DNA from: an uncultured cyanobacterium
GTDB taxonomy: Bacteria; Cyanobacteriota; Cyanobacteriia; Cyanobacteriales; Nostocaceae
Assembly (NCBI GenBank): GCA_963706595.1
Contig: OY970166.1
Coordinates: 5,088,001 to 5,152,000 of the forward strand
Length of the DNA stretch: 64,000 nucleotides
Direction: 5' to 3'
In this document: in pieces, positions 1 through 11,426 of the stretch
How positions within the stretch are numbered: position 1 is the stretch's first letter
How the letters are laid out: the number at the start of each line of letters is the position of its first letter
Translations under genes and position numbers: made by a program
The notes under the pieces: model-generated
Told to the model about the DNA's origin: nothing
The model's database searches: none
The model's input: the letters and a program-made list of their open reading frames with translations, nothing else

Positions 1-279
1 AGCTAATAATTCTTTTCTTTCTTTAGCAGATAGTGATTTAATTGCTTTCATATCATTTTGTTTAACTAGTTTAGAGTGTAGACCATGAGTGATTCTAGCC
101 TTAGCTGCTTTACCCCCATGAGATGCACAACATTGGTAACCAATCATTACTTTATTTTTACATTGGGTGCCATCTCTTTTAATAACAGGACACCTTTGAG
201 GTTCAGGTCTTCTACCTGACTTATACCTATGTTTGTAAACTGCACTGTCTACATAGCTAGGTTTATTTTCTTGAGACAT
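1..279 (-). CDS. HGGxSTG-like Zn-binding protein, probable terminase small subunit (runs off window start)
   Basis: Not in ORF track; my translation from ATG at 279: MSQENKPS...RCPVIKRDGTQCKNKVMIGYQCCASHGGKAAKARITHGLHSK..., open to nt 1; C..C..C..HGG and HG.xS motif pattern. Confidence 0.65.
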   Translation of the reverse strand, partial: MSQENKPSYVDSAVYKHRYKSGRRPEPQRCPVIKRDGTQCKNKVMIGYQCCASHGGKAAKARITHGLHSKLVKQNDMKAIKSLSAKERKELLA

Positions 280-296
280 TTATATAGATATATTTT

Positions 297-330
297 ATAA
301 AAGTACCAGCAGACATAATCTACTGATACT
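297..330 (-). terminator. Intrinsic terminator-like hairpin after holin-like gene
   Basis: Minus strand AGUAUCAGUAGA-UUAUG-UCUGCUGGUACU followed by UUUAU. Confidence 0.55.
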
Positions 331-360
331 TTATTTTAGCTGATATTAAGTGTGTAATAA

Positions 361-741
361 TTATTTAGAAACTAGAGTTTTAATAATTTTCACATCAGTT
401 TCAATTTCAGATAACTTATTAATGATTTCAGCTTTATTACTTCTAGATTCAAAATCTATTTGAGTAAGAAGTTTAGTAGTATCTTTAGTAGTTTCAGAAA
501 AGGTTTTAACTGCCTCAGTCTGAGAAACTAAATAATGTTTAACAGATGACCATACTTCAACATTGATAAATTTAAAAAAGTATCTTGAACAGAAAGCAGT
601 AACTCCACCAACTGTAACTAAGGTAAGTAGTATTGCTAAAGGAGCGCTAGTAATTGTGTCCTTAGTAGTAAAGTAAGCATCTCTCTGAATGTCAACAGGA
701 ACTGATACCTGTGCTTGTTGTTTATTAAAATTATTATCCAT
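361..741 (-). CDS. Phage membrane protein (holin-like), one TM segment plus coiled coil
   Basis: Hydrophobic LAILLTLVTVGGVTAF; position after tail fibre. Confidence 0.45.
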   Translation of the reverse strand: MDNNFNKQQAQVSVPVDIQRDAYFTTKDTITSAPLAILLTLVTVGGVTAFCSRYFFKFINVEVWSSVKHYLVSQTEAVKTFSETTKDTTKLLTQIDFESRSNKAEIINKLSEIETDVKIIKTLVSK

Positions 742-755
742 CTTTAAACCTATTA

Positions 756-2309
756 TTAAGGTGCAATCTCCATAAGTGTTACAGAAGAATATCCTTGGTT
801 ATAAGAATTAACTAATTTGTTTATCCAAATATTTGTAATACTAGAAGCACCAAGAAAAATACCATATTCAACAAATGAAGTAGTACCAGGACTATCTAAA
901 ATATCATAAGTAATACTATTTGAGGCAATAGTAGCATCAATAGGAGTGAATCTAGTTGTTTGTAAAGTGCTACTAGTTGGGCTCATTCTTCTTAATTCCA
1001 CAATTATAACTGTACCACTTTGAACACTAAGCCCACCTAAGGAAAGTCTTATTAATATTTTGCTATTAACATTAGAAGGTTGGATAATTGTTTGTGGAAA
1101 ACCTAAGTACCCAGGGGTAGTTCCAGCTTGAGCTTGAATTTCATTACCACTACCTACTGTTACTACTTGTAATACCTTACCTCCACCACCACCTCCACTA
1201 GCAGCCGCTTGAGGTTCCCACCTGCTATTAGCAGAACTGTAAACTAATACTTGACCATCAGTAGGAGCAGCAGTATGTACATTGACTCCTCTAAGTTTGT
1301 CTGCATTCCATTGTGCAGTACCATTACCAACTTGAGCAGCAGTAACAGAGTGAGGGTTATTAGTTGCAGTTACGTGACCAGTAACAGTTGTATTTGAAGA
1401 TGCACTAGTCAATCTACCATCAGCACTAACAGTTATGTTAGCAGCGTTATAAGCTCCAGCAGTGACTCCTGAATTTCCTATTGAGGGATTAGGATATGTG
1501 CCAGTTAATGAACCTCCTGCTGATCCTGTAGGGTTTCTAGAATCAGTTAATCTAGAGTCTGAAGTATTAACTTTACCAGCTAAGAAAGTGTCTAGTTGTA
1601 GAGTGGTATAAATTTCAGAAACATCAGCTTTATCATTTAGCAAAGCATCTGTTTCTGTTTTCAAATAGTAATCAGTTAAATCAACAGAACCGCCAGCCCC
1701 AGTCTCATCAACTGCATATTCTAAAGATTGACTAGTGGAGTTATATTTTAAAACTTTACCATCCCCTATAGCAGAGTCATCTACAGCTACACCTTTAATG
1801 CGATCGCTATTCCATTGTGCAGTATCTTTACCTACCTGTGTAGCTGTTACTGAGTGAGGATTAGAAGTGCTAGCAATGTGAGCAGAAGTAGTAGACTCAT
1901 TTGCTTTACCAGTTAATAAGTTATCTACCTCAGTTTTAAGATAGTAAACAGTTAAGTCTGGACTATCAGGAATTAAGTTATCTACTTCAGTTTTAGTGTA
2001 GTAACTGGTTAAATTAGAAATATCAACTTTATCAGTTAATAAAGCATCAACTTCAGTTTGTGAATAATAAGGAATCTCTTCTGAACCTGAACCAACACTT
2101 CCTTGAGCAAGTAAGTCCCAATCTAAAGCAGTCAAGCTGGGTTCTTCACTTGTAGTCTTGTTAGCTCTATAAGATGAGCCATCATAGAAGACTCCTTGGT
2201 TGCGTCTGTATATCCTGCTAGTGACCCAATCTCCTACCCATACTACAGAAATACCATTGACAGTAGGGATAGGGCTAGAAGAAGTAGCTGGGTTAATTTC
2301 TATTGCCAT
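756..2309 (-). CDS. Tail fibre / receptor-binding protein
   Basis: N-terminal CBM5/12-like W..Y..G.V.Y.G..Y.A motif, five YYxKTEVDxLL-type repeats, two NPHSVTAxQVG repeats, poly-Gly linker and C-terminal tip domain ([10 protein letters not shown]). Confidence 0.85.
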   Translation of the reverse strand: MAIEINPATSSSPIPTVNGISVVWVGDWVTSRIYRRNQGVFYDGSSYRANKTTSEEPSLTALDWDLLAQGSVGSGSEEIPYYSQTEVDALLTDKVDISNLTSYYTKTEVDNLIPDSPDLTVYYLKTEVDNLLTGKANESTTSAHIASTSNPHSVTATQVGKDTAQWNSDRIKGVAVDDSAIGDGKVLKYNSTSQSLEYAVDETGAGGSVDLTDYYLKTETDALLNDKADVSEIYTTLQLDTFLAGKVNTSDSRLTDSRNPTGSAGGSLTGTYPNPSIGNSGVTAGAYNAANITVSADGRLTSASSNTTVTGHVTATNNPHSVTAAQVGNGTAQWNADKLRGVNVHTAAPTDGQVLVYSSANSRWEPQAAASGGGGGGKVLQVVTVGSGNEIQAQAGTTPGYLGFPQTIIQPSNVNSKILIRLSLGGLSVQSGTVIIVELRRMSPTSSTLQTTRFTPIDATIASNSITYDILDSPGTTSFVEYGIFLGASSITNIWINKLVNSYNQGYSSVTLMEIAP

Positions 2310-2310
2310 A

Positions 2311-3693
2311 TTAATATCCTTTTAAAGTTCCTCTAATAAACAATTGAGTGTTAGCTTCAGTGCCAGTAATCTCAACTTTAATTACATTTGTATTAACTAA
2401 TGAATAGCTCTTAACAATAGCGTTATCAGTAGCTATCTCTCCTACTGGTTCCCAAGTAGTACCTGCTAATTCTTTTAGAACAAAGCTGACATTAGCACTA
2501 GCAACAAGTTCAATATCTAATCTCTTGTAATTCTTAGTATCAATGAACCCACCAATATAAGTCTGTACTTCAACTACAGTAGGTATACCAAAATAATCAT
2601 TATCTAAATCTAATTGGAATACAGGCACAGTGTCTTCTAATTCTGTTTGGTGATCAACTAGGTAGGATATAGTAAACTGTCCTGCTGAAGTCCATGCACC
2701 ATTAGTAGCAGTTTTCTCTATGAGTGCAGCTTTATCTTCTAATACATAAGCCCTATCAACTTGTCTTAATTCAATAGAAGATAGTTTTCTTTGATTAACA
2801 ACAGATAAGTCTCTATCTTCTTGTCTAGCAATTTCTGCTAAACTTTTATTTTTCTCAGCTTCAATTAAAACTAATCTTTCTGCTAAAGTTAATTGACCTG
2901 AGACATTACCTCCTTCAGTTTGACTAGCAGTAATAGTTAGTCTTTCCTTCCAGAACTCTTCAGCAGTAATCTCATTTAAGATTCTAATTCTCAGATAAGC
3001 AAGAATTAAAGTTTCATAATTAGTTTTACAGAGAGTAGTTAGGGTTCTATCCTTTGTGATATCTAAACCAGCAGCAGTTTGTAATTTAGTAACGGGATCA
3101 GATACTAGGAAGAATTTAACACCAGCAGCTATAGTGTTGAAAGCATCAGCATGATTAGCTGTAATAAGAGTAAGGTCATCAACATAGGATTCAGCACCCT
3201 TAGCTTGAGTATTATTAATTAACTCTAGTACAGGATTGCCTGTGCCAACGTTTCTCTCAGCTACAGTGAACATTTCTATTCTCTGCCCTGGAGTATTACC
3301 AACTAACCTTATCCTGGTAGAGTCATCAAAAGCAGTAACATCTGTATTAAAGGTAGCGTTAGCATTTATTAAAGTAGTGAGGTTTGAAGTTACATTAGCA
3401 ATGGTGGCATCAGTAGCATCAAAGGAAACACTAACGTTTTTATAAGTGAGAGAAAATCTATTACCTGTAGTTACTTGGCTAGGGTTTAAATAGATTATTT
3501 GAGAAGTAGCAGGGACAGTAGTTGTACTAGGTATAGGTCCAATATCAACTAAACCTTTAGAAACTAAATCTGTGATAGCAGCAAATGTAGTTTTCTTAAG
3601 AGTATCATCATCATACTGTACCCCATAGATATCTGCTATCTGAGGTTTCAAGTAAGCACTTTCAAATAAATCCCAATTAATTGATGTAGGCAT
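2311..3693 (-). CDS. Putative virion structural protein (460 aa)
   Basis: Tightly coupled within virion operon; beta-rich and coiled-coil segments; family not recognised. Confidence 0.6.
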   Translation of the reverse strand: MPTSINWDLFESAYLKPQIADIYGVQYDDDTLKKTTFAAITDLVSKGLVDIGPIPSTTTVPATSQIIYLNPSQVTTGNRFSLTYKNVSVSFDATDATIANVTSNLTTLINANATFNTDVTAFDDSTRIRLVGNTPGQRIEMFTVAERNVGTGNPVLELINNTQAKGAESYVDDLTLITANHADAFNTIAAGVKFFLVSDPVTKLQTAAGLDITKDRTLTTLCKTNYETLILAYLRIRILNEITAEEFWKERLTITASQTEGGNVSGQLTLAERLVLIEAEKNKSLAEIARQEDRDLSVVNQRKLSSIELRQVDRAYVLEDKAALIEKTATNGAWTSAGQFTISYLVDHQTELEDTVPVFQLDLDNDYFGIPTVVEVQTYIGGFIDTKNYKRLDIELVASANVSFVLKELAGTTWEPVGEIATDNAIVKSYSLVNTNVIKVEITGTEANTQLFIRGTLKGY

Positions 3694-3696
3694 AAA

Positions 3697-4584
3697 TTAT
3701 GTTTTTAAAATACTATTTATAGAAAGAATTGGTTTGTAACCAACGTTAGTAAAATCAAGAGCTAAAATGGCTTGTATTGTATTGTTTAAGAAATCAGGCT
3801 TTGCTAATATTTTAAGCTGACTTGATAGTATAAAACTGTTCAACTCATTAAAAGCAGCTATTTGTTTTGATTTTATTTTTTGTAAGACAATCTTCTTTTC
3901 TAAAAAAACTTCATTATCTTTACCTTGTATTGCACGTTCACTTTGTTCTTCAATAGTAAAGAAGTTTGTAGGTATCTTTCTTTGCACATAAACTTCTTTG
4001 TAGAAGCCATCAGTAAATATCTCTGGGGCTAAAAGTCCTGCTGTATAAGCATATTCAAATTGCTTAGTTTGGGAACTAGAAAAGTCACTAATCTTTTTAG
4101 TTTTAGTAGGTTTCTGAAATGTTAATTCTATATTGCCTACAAAGAACCTTCTATTTTGTATGATTTCTGTATCCCCTATTCTATAAGGGTTGAACCTTTG
4201 TTCTAGTAACCAGTCTCTATTATAAATAAATCTTAACTCTTCCCTTTCTTCTGAAGTAGGTGAATAGTCTATACCTTTAATATTATTAGGTAGAGGTACA
4301 AAAGGTTGATTTCTTAAATAGGTAGCTAATGAATCCCAAAAGGAAGGATCTTCAGTTAACTTAGTTAATAGATTGCTAATATAATTAACAACTAAAGCCT
4401 GTCTATAATTGTACCCTGCTATACCCAAGTAAGCTAAATTATTTCTAAATAATAAGAAGGCAGCTTCTCTTCTTTGAAAGATAGGAGATAGTTCATCTAC
4501 CTCCCCAAACATTATATTAAATAGCTCATCAGATACTTCTTCATCTAAAATGATATTTAAAAAGCCATCATTTAAAGTAGTCAT
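3697..4584 (-). CDS. Hypothetical phage protein (295 aa), probably virion
   Basis: 3-nt gaps to neighbouring operon genes. Confidence 0.6.
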   Translation of the reverse strand: MTTLNDGFLNIILDEEVSDELFNIMFGEVDELSPIFQRREAAFLLFRNNLAYLGIAGYNYRQALVVNYISNLLTKLTEDPSFWDSLATYLRNQPFVPLPNNIKGIDYSPTSEEREELRFIYNRDWLLEQRFNPYRIGDTEIIQNRRFFVGNIELTFQKPTKTKKISDFSSSQTKQFEYAYTAGLLAPEIFTDGFYKEVYVQRKIPTNFFTIEEQSERAIQGKDNEVFLEKKIVLQKIKSKQIAAFNELNSFILSSQLKILAKPDFLNNTIQAILALDFTNVGYKPILSINSILKT

Positions 4585-4587
4585 ATT

Positions 4588-5157
4588 TCAAATAAAGTTA
4601 AAATCAAAAGTCCCACCCACAGAAGAAATATTTATATCTGTAGCTTGTACACTGGATAATTGAATTACTAATACTCCTTCTTCTAAAATACTATTCTGTG
4701 CTACTTTAAATAACTGCCTATTGTTTTTCAAATCAAGGAAGGGTATATCAAATCTTAATTCATAAGAGTTAAGCTGGTTACCATCAGGCACTTGAGGATA
4801 CCAATAGTAAGGTATAGGGGTAATGAGTAGAACGTCAGCAGGGTTAGTATTTAATACTCCAGTAGGAAGAGTAGGTAATTCTATTCCTGGACTAATCTGA
4901 GGTCTTTTAATACTCTCTAGTAAGTATCCAGGTAAAGCCCAAGCCCTTTGAGTTTTCTCAACAATAAAAGGTCCTGAGTCTCCATTTTGTACTTCTCTAA
5001 ATCTAACTGCATAATCATCAATAAAATAATTAACTGATGATTTTATATTGCCTGAATAGTCAACTGCTAATATTCCACTAAACTGAGAGACTAAATGAGA
5101 TAATGAATTTCTTCTAGCCATTAACTCATAATGCTCAATTCCTGTAATAAGACTCAT
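4588..5157 (-). CDS. Hypothetical phage protein (189 aa), probably virion
   Basis: Overlaps upstream gene stop (ATGA coupling). Confidence 0.6.
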   Translation of the reverse strand: MSLITGIEHYELMARRNSLSHLVSQFSGILAVDYSGNIKSSVNYFIDDYAVRFREVQNGDSGPFIVEKTQRAWALPGYLLESIKRPQISPGIELPTLPTGVLNTNPADVLLITPIPYYWYPQVPDGNQLNSYELRFDIPFLDLKNNRQLFKVAQNSILEEGVLVIQLSSVQATDINISSVGGTFDFNFI

Positions 5158-7418
5158 AATGTTATACCTGATATGTCTACAAGTTGTTGAAGTACAGCTA
5201 TATCTACATCTACTCTGCTAGCTCCACCTCCTGATAAGAACCACAGTTGTCCAGCACCAGTATTAGTTTCTATACTAAAGGCACCAGATGAGTTTATTCC
5301 ATAAGTACCAATACCAGCAGATACAGGTCTACCCCTACTATCTAGAGGAACAAAAGTAGTTAAGCTATCTACATTTAAAATAGAGTTTGTATAGTTTTGA
5401 TAATTTCTAACATTGAGGTTTCTTCCTTCCCACTTCCAAAACTTTAGACAAGTGCTTTTACAGTAATCTATTAACTCTACTAAAAAGTTACTAATAGCTA
5501 ATTCATAATAATGCTGTATAGGACTTATACCTCTAATAGCCGCAGCTTGTTCAATTGAAGGCAAGTCACTAATAGCAGGCAAAGAAATAAGTTTGTTAGT
5601 TAAATAATCTTCTGTGTAATTAAAATCTAAAGGAACATCTCTTACAGTTGAACTGCTAAGTTTTATTTTACTTTCTAATAAAATAGAACTGAAAGGTAAT
5701 GTATAAGGCATCAGCTTCCACTTGTCAACATTAGTATAAGTATTAGGGATTGACTGATATACATCTTTAGCTATTTCATCTGAGAAGCTTACCCCACCAA
5801 TTAGAAAGTCTTCTGGTGAATTATTTGTCCAGTAGCTATCAGAGAAGTTTGGAACATAAGGACCAGTTGTATTACTAGATAAATTAGTAATTGTTTTTCT
5901 GGTGGTTCCGTTTACTACCACATAGCTTACTAAATAAGTAGTTGGGTTATTTGCCTGATTAAAGTTAGAACGTATTTCTAAATTAGTAATTTGATTAAAG
6001 CTTAACTTTTCACAAAATAAGCTACCACCTAAATTAACAGGACTGGCAGGATTAGTTATATCAAGTAGCTCTCCAATTAATTTACCTGGAAATGGATTAC
6101 CAGTAACTTTAAATAAAGCATTGTTATTATATGCAGGAGGAACAAAATGTCTTCCACCAGCATTAGGAGTAATAACATTACCTGTAGGATTAAAAGCAGT
6201 AAAGTTATAAATAGGTCTAGAATTTGATGCACTTACTCCCCCATGAGTAACACGAATCCTGGCAGGAAAAGGTACACCATTTCTAGTTAAAGTTAATAAT
6301 AATTCTCCATTAGGTATTTGTAATCCTTTTGTAATAGGAGAAAAATCTACTTGATAGGCAGCATTACCTGGGGTGTTACTATTGCTTGAAGGGATAAATG
6401 AGTCAACTATACAATCTTGAGTAAAATAAGAACCAGCACTTTGAATATTATCAACATTAGCAATACTATTAGTAGGTATGATTCCTCTAAATAAAGTACC
6501 TCTGTTTAGTGCGTTTATAGAAGTTGAAAAAAGTTGATAGTAAACATTAGGGTTGTCAAATTGTGCTTGAGTGGGTGTGCCACTAAAATATTTTCTAAAG
6601 TAGCTAATAGTTACTGGATCACCAAAGAACTGTGGTTGATCATATCTATGAGTAGAAGTAAAGTTTGTACCATCATAACTAGCTCTTAAGGTAAAGTTAT
6701 TATAATCAAACCAGTTAGCAACAAGAGGTGTAGTAGGTACTGGAATCTTTACATTAGTAATATCTACATTAGTTTTAAAATCTAATTGGCAGGTTATAGG
6801 TCCACCTGACATTCTAGCTATTGCTCCATAAGGTGCACTTAAACGGTTTGTAGCTAAATCAATTTCATTTCTTATATCAGGGAAATAATCAAAAACATCT
6901 ACACCTGTTAAATCATTTAAGCCAAATACTATTTCTTCTAACTGTTCACCATTTCTAAAAGAAGGAATGCCTGTAGTAAATGCTCCTGTTAATTCTCTAT
7001 TTGATATACTTGCAGTACCAGAACTGGATGTAAAGGTTACTGAATAATCATCAGGTGTAATACTTTTTATAGAGGTGGTAGTTCCACTAGCAAAGTTAAA
7101 ATAAGGTCTTTTAACCTGCCTAATAAACCCAAAGTAAGTTCTGTATGCAGCAGCCCATAGTCTCATTAAACCAAAAGGATTAATGTTATTCCTAACTAAT
7201 CCACCAGAAACCCACATATCAATTAAGCTATTAAAGTTGCTTGGGTTACCAGCTTGAGAAGATAAGCCTACAGAACATCCTGGTATGAATTGTGTGTTAG
7301 GAGGAGGATCACCAGGTCTACTTGTTAAGGCATTACCTTGAGTTAGTTCAAAGGTGCTGCTATTAGGATATCTCTTAATGAATTGAATAACTTTATTCTT
7401 ATGTAGCGGATTTGCCAT
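5154..7418 (-). CDS. Large N/T/S/F-rich phage protein (754 aa), putative tail/nozzle component
   Basis: Immediately downstream of capsid gene; beta-rich composition. Confidence 0.55.
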   Translation of the reverse strand: MANPLHKNKVIQFIKRYPNSSTFELTQGNALTSRPGDPPPNTQFIPGCSVGLSSQAGNPSNFNSLIDMWVSGGLVRNNINPFGLMRLWAAAYRTYFGFIRQVKRPYFNFASGTTTSIKSITPDDYSVTFTSSSGTASISNRELTGAFTTGIPSFRNGEQLEEIVFGLNDLTGVDVFDYFPDIRNEIDLATNRLSAPYGAIARMSGGPITCQLDFKTNVDITNVKIPVPTTPLVANWFDYNNFTLRASYDGTNFTSTHRYDQPQFFGDPVTISYFRKYFSGTPTQAQFDNPNVYYQLFSTSINALNRGTLFRGIIPTNSIANVDNIQSAGSYFTQDCIVDSFIPSSNSNTPGNAAYQVDFSPITKGLQIPNGELLLTLTRNGVPFPARIRVTHGGVSASNSRPIYNFTAFNPTGNVITPNAGGRHFVPPAYNNNALFKVTGNPFPGKLIGELLDITNPASPVNLGGSLFCEKLSFNQITNLEIRSNFNQANNPTTYLVSYVVVNGTTRKTITNLSSNTTGPYVPNFSDSYWTNNSPEDFLIGGVSFSDEIAKDVYQSIPNTYTNVDKWKLMPYTLPFSSILLESKIKLSSSTVRDVPLDFNYTEDYLTNKLISLPAISDLPSIEQAAAIRGISPIQHYYELAISNFLVELIDYCKSTCLKFWKWEGRNLNVRNYQNYTNSILNVDSLTTFVPLDSRGRPVSAGIGTYGINSSGAFSIETNTGAGQLWFLSGGGASRVDVDIAVLQQLVDISGITL

Positions 7419-7423
7419 AATAC

Positions 7424-7446
7424 TTTAAAGGGGGATTATACCCCCT
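7424..7446 (-). terminator. Hairpin/terminator after major capsid gene
   Basis: Minus strand AGGGGG-TATAAT-CCCCCT followed by TTAAA; typical position for attenuating post-capsid genes. Confidence 0.6.
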
Positions 7447-7452
7447 CACTAA

Positions 7453-8526
7453 TTAAAGGTTACTAGGTGCTGTGTAGGAAGTTGCTGTTAGTTGAAGGAC
7501 TGCACAAGCTCCACGGTGGTTAGGTGCATATCCCCAACCGTCTGTCATGATTGTGTTTTCTAAAGCAAAGTTAGACTTAACATCAACTTGTAAACCAGCC
7601 AAGCTAGAAATAGCAGGTATGCGGCTTAAGAAAGGAGTTCTGTTAGCTCCACCATCTACACCTACAGCAACTGCATAATTCAAAGGTACTACAGGTGTTT
7701 TGATAATAGGAACGTTAGAAATGAAACCTACCAAGCCTTCCCAAGGACTTAGTTGACGCATTCTTTCATTACTAGCACCACCACTTTGAATATCAAGTGA
7801 GCGTCCAATTTGATTTTCTGCTGGTACAAACTCAGGTAAAGCTTCTAAGCGGTACTCATAATCACTAACCCAGATTTCAATTTGTTTGAAACCATGATGT
7901 CTGATTTTGTCAATCAATTTGCTGCGTACATCAACAGCAGTAGGATTACCTGCACTAGCAACACCAGTGTAATGTTGTAGGTCACCTGCTACAAAGGTAT
8001 AACCATTTACACTAGGAGCAGCAACAGAGTCTGCATCATTGTAAAAAGGAATACTAGTAGTCTGGTACTTCTGAATACTGTCAATTACTACACGGTTGGT
8101 ATTAGTAAAGATAGCTTGACGTAACGCACTAAACCTAGCTTTTTGGAAAGAAGTAAGTTTGGCTTGTACATAAGAAGCTAGCTCTTCAGAGGTCATTAAC
8201 CTAACAGCTCTACTGCTCAAAGTAAGTGCAGTCATAAACTCTTCATAAGGAATTTCTTGCATGTAATCCCATACAGAAGTCCGTGAGGTAGGTCTAGCTG
8301 ATTCAGTTAGATTTTCTAAATCCTCTCCTTCATAACTTTTGATCAACTTTTGAGGAGTAGCAATTGTTTCTGTCAGAGGAGCAAAGAAACGTGCATTCAT
8401 GTCAGTGTAGTGCATGAAGTCAGAATCTAAGTCTCTGATGATACTAACAACAGACTGATTATCAATAGTGACTAGCTCAGTATCATTAGTAGAAAGTTCA
8501 CCAAAGAAAGTAGTATTGTATGCCAT
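7453..8526 (-). CDS. Major capsid protein (probably HK97 fold)
   Basis: 357 aa; position after scaffold/decoration; followed by hairpin; C-terminal DGWGYAPNHRGACAV resembles HK97-fold C-termini. Confidence 0.75.
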   Translation of the reverse strand: MAYNTTFFGELSTNDTELVTIDNQSVVSIIRDLDSDFMHYTDMNARFFAPLTETIATPQKLIKSYEGEDLENLTESARPTSRTSVWDYMQEIPYEEFMTALTLSSRAVRLMTSEELASYVQAKLTSFQKARFSALRQAIFTNTNRVVIDSIQKYQTTSIPFYNDADSVAAPSVNGYTFVAGDLQHYTGVASAGNPTAVDVRSKLIDKIRHHGFKQIEIWVSDYEYRLEALPEFVPAENQIGRSLDIQSGGASNERMRQLSPWEGLVGFISNVPIIKTPVVPLNYAVAVGVDGGANRTPFLSRIPAISSLAGLQVDVKSNFALENTIMTDGWGYAPNHRGACAVLQLTATSYTAPSNL

Positions 8527-8551
8527 ATATTTTTATTTATGTATTTATTAA

Positions 8552-8917
8552 TTAAATAGAGATTTTAATTTTGTTAGCAGTCAGAGCAACACCAACTTTA
8601 TTGGTTCCTGTACCTGCAACAATACCAGCAGCACCAGCAAAGACAGCAGTGCCAGGTGTGAGAGCTAAGGAAGTACCTTTGTTTTCAACAATGCAATCTT
8701 GCTCTACAGCTAACATAGTGCCTGCTTTACGGGCATAACGTGCTACCCCAACAGGGATAGTAGAGGCAGTTGCTAAGATAGCTAAACCAGCAGAGTTAAT
8801 GGAAACTACTGAACCTTCAGGAATGTCTACTGCTGTAACTAAATTAACAATAGAACCCTCTAAATGAGAAGAGGCAATGAATCTGTATTTGACAACGTTG
8901 TAAGCTACATTTAACAT
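8552..8917 (-). CDS. Capsid decoration/cement protein (DUF2190-like)
   Basis: 121 aa Ala/Gly/Val-rich: G.VV.I...G.A..A....PVGVA ... GTAVFA...G...VGVAL pattern. Confidence 0.7.
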   Translation of the reverse strand: MLNVAYNVVKYRFIASSHLEGSIVNLVTAVDIPEGSVVSINSAGLAILATASTIPVGVARYARKAGTMLAVEQDCIVENKGTSLALTPGTAVFAGAAGIVAGTGTNKVGVALTANKIKISI

Positions 8918-8943
8918 ATTTTTAAATTATAAGTAATTGATAT

Positions 8944-9336
8944 TTAATACCCACGCCAAGCTTTAACTTTGCGTTCTTCTTTAGTAGAAGTTTGTTGTAG
9001 TGGTACTCCAGGTTTGGTAACCACATCTTTAGTACCTGATGCTTTAGCTAATGCACCTTGTAAAGCAGCTTGAATCTTAGGTACTAAGTTTTCTTTTAAG
9101 TCTGTTTCTAGTGATAACTGTTTAGCTAAATAGTCTGCTTCTACTTCTTCTTGAGAAGAACCAGATGCTTTAATACCTAGCAGTTTAGCCATCCTTTGAA
9201 AGTCAGGTTTAGTTTTAGCTAATGCAGCTTCATAATCAATCTCAGGTGCATCAGGTGTAATAGCTTCTAAACCTAAATCTAGTTCACTTGTTTCTTCAAT
9301 GGGAGTTTGTTGTACTTCACTCATCTTCAGTTTCAA
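8944..9336 (-). CDS. Capsid scaffolding protein
   Basis: Acidic N-terminus, helical, basic C-terminus; lies between portal and capsid genes. Confidence 0.6.
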   Translation of the reverse strand: MKLKMSEVQQTPIEETSELDLGLEAITPDAPEIDYEAALAKTKPDFQRMAKLLGIKASGSSQEEVEADYLAKQLSLETDLKENLVPKIQAALQGALAKASGTKDVVTKPGVPLQQTSTKEERKVKAWRGY

Positions 9337-10745
9337 TATTATTTTCTATAGGGTCAATACTATCTTCTACAGGTTGAATAACTTTAGTGCCAGGGTTATT
9401 AATTGCCTTATCTGTAAAGATATTACCATCATCAGCATTAGCAGCATCCTTACTATCAACTAGGGCAGCACTGTATTGAATGTTAAGTCCTTTTTCTGCA
9501 TCTAGCTGTTCAAGTTCTTTGTCAGCTTCTGCTTCAGTTAGACCTTCAACTTGAATCAAGTATCTCTTTCTAGAAATAAGTTTATTCTTGACAGCTTCTA
9601 TTTGTAAACGCTTATCTTCTAAGTTTTCAGGCATCATGTCAGGCAGATCTACTCTAAAAGCTATGTCAATACCTAACTCTGAGAAAATAGTCTTAAGGGC
9701 TGAAAGAAGATAACTAGCTCTACTTAATGTAGCACGTTGTAGTGGCTCATACAACACACTAAGAGAAGATGAACTACTGGCTGATCTAGCATTCTGTAGT
9801 TCTAAGACCATGACTCCACAAAGACTATAAATATCTTGCAGAATGATTAGTCTCTGTCTTTCTAGATAAGGTGAATCTTGAGGTTGTAAATAACCAATGC
9901 GAGGAGTGATACCAAGTTCAGCCGCAGCATTACTAATAGGCAGGTGTAGAATACTAGCACCATCAGAAGTAAATGCTGTTTGAAAAGCTGATGAACCTGT
10001 AGCAGACTCTATACTCTCAAGAGGAGATGAATTAGAATCTACCAATAAATGTAGGTGCAGAAGTTCCAATTGTATAAACCTGTGGCTTGTGATGCTGTCC
10101 ATTTGTGTGGATGCGTGACCGGACTGCACAATACTCCAACTGTAAATGAATTAACCTTTCAATTGGAGATTGTGACTCTCTTCCAATGAGAGAATTTACA
10201 ACTCTTACAATAGGTATATGATCACCTAATTCTACTGGTTCAGCATTGCCTACTTTTTGAAAGTATCTGTATGCAGGTAAGTCAAATACATTTAACTCTG
10301 GGGATTCATTGGTGAGAGTTAAGTAATGCTCTACTCTTACATCAGTGTATGCATTTCTAACAGGGTCATAGACTTCTCTTTTCTCCCGCAGGTACACTAC
10401 TTGCATTGGGTTATTAGGGTCAACCTTAATTTCCTCAATGTCAAGCGTATGAATATGACGCAGCTTACCTTGAGAAACCTCAATGAAAGATTCACCAAAT
10501 ACAGGTACTTCCAAATAGACATCACTCAGGATTCTATAAAGATTAATCTCATTTAGTTTGTCATCTAATTGTTCTTGTTGCTCAGAATTGATAGCTAAGA
10601 ATTTAAGTTTTTTTTGATAGCCATCTCCCAATAAAAATCCTTTGATTTGCTCTACAACTAACTGAATTAGCTTGACTGGTAACTCTTGATTAGTAGCAGG
10701 GTTGATACCTTTGTAAGCATCAAACAATTCTTGTTTAGAACTCAT
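9317..10745 (-). CDS. Portal protein (SPP1-like), split by a +1 frameshift near 10047
   Basis: Removing one T (ACA TTTA TTG) joins ORFs 10032-10745 and 9317-10129 into ~475 aa; IPIVRVVN...SQSPIERLIHLQ and ISRKRYL...EAEADKELEQL resemble SPP1-type portals. Confidence 0.7.
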
Positions 10746-11280
10746 GTATATAAAGTTTCACTTATGTTTATTATATATCTTAATTATACAAGTAGAAAGT
10801 AGGATAAATAGGTTTTTGTATAGGGATACGTGTATGGTTTAAGGTATAGTGGCTACAGAGGGCTGGGTGAGGGGCATTCTACCCCCAGGGGGAGGTTTTA
10901 ATAAAGGTTACTCACCTCATACAACATACCCCTATTAGTCTACTTATTAAATAGGTATCAGTGTTCCTTTAAAGAAGTGCTACATTACTTTTATAATAAG
11001 TATAATGACTACTGGCTTAACAGATAGTAGTGAGTAAGTCTTACTATGTAGTGGTGTACTCCCTAAGTCTACTCAGTACAGTAGTATATGTATAGTATCA
11101 TATATACTTAGTTGTCTATTAGTTAAGCTTGACACTTCAGTAAGGATGAGTAGTATTCACTATATATAATATGTAATAGTTATCTTACAATCATCCATTA
11201 GAGTAATAGTTAGTAACTGTTCTTATATGCTTAAGTAAGTATATAGTATAGTTGTACTAACTGTATAGAGTACATACATA

Positions 11281-11426
11281 GTGTGTGTATATGTCTACTA
11301 CTATTGCTATGTGCATAGTGTGTACTGTTACTGTAGGTACTACTGTTGGTGTGTGTATATGTCTACTACTATTGCTATGTGCATAGTGTGTACTGTTACT
11401 GTAGGTACTACTGTTGGTGTGTGTAT
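11281..11426. repeat. 68-bp perfect tandem repeat, 2 copies plus 10 bp
   Basis: GTGTGTGTATATGTCTAC...TACTGTTG at 11281-11348 and 11349-11416, with restart at 11417. Confidence 0.95.

Noticed and set aside
756..2309. Diversity-generating retroelement targeting the tail fibre
   Set aside because: No reverse transcriptase or TR/VR pair seen in this window
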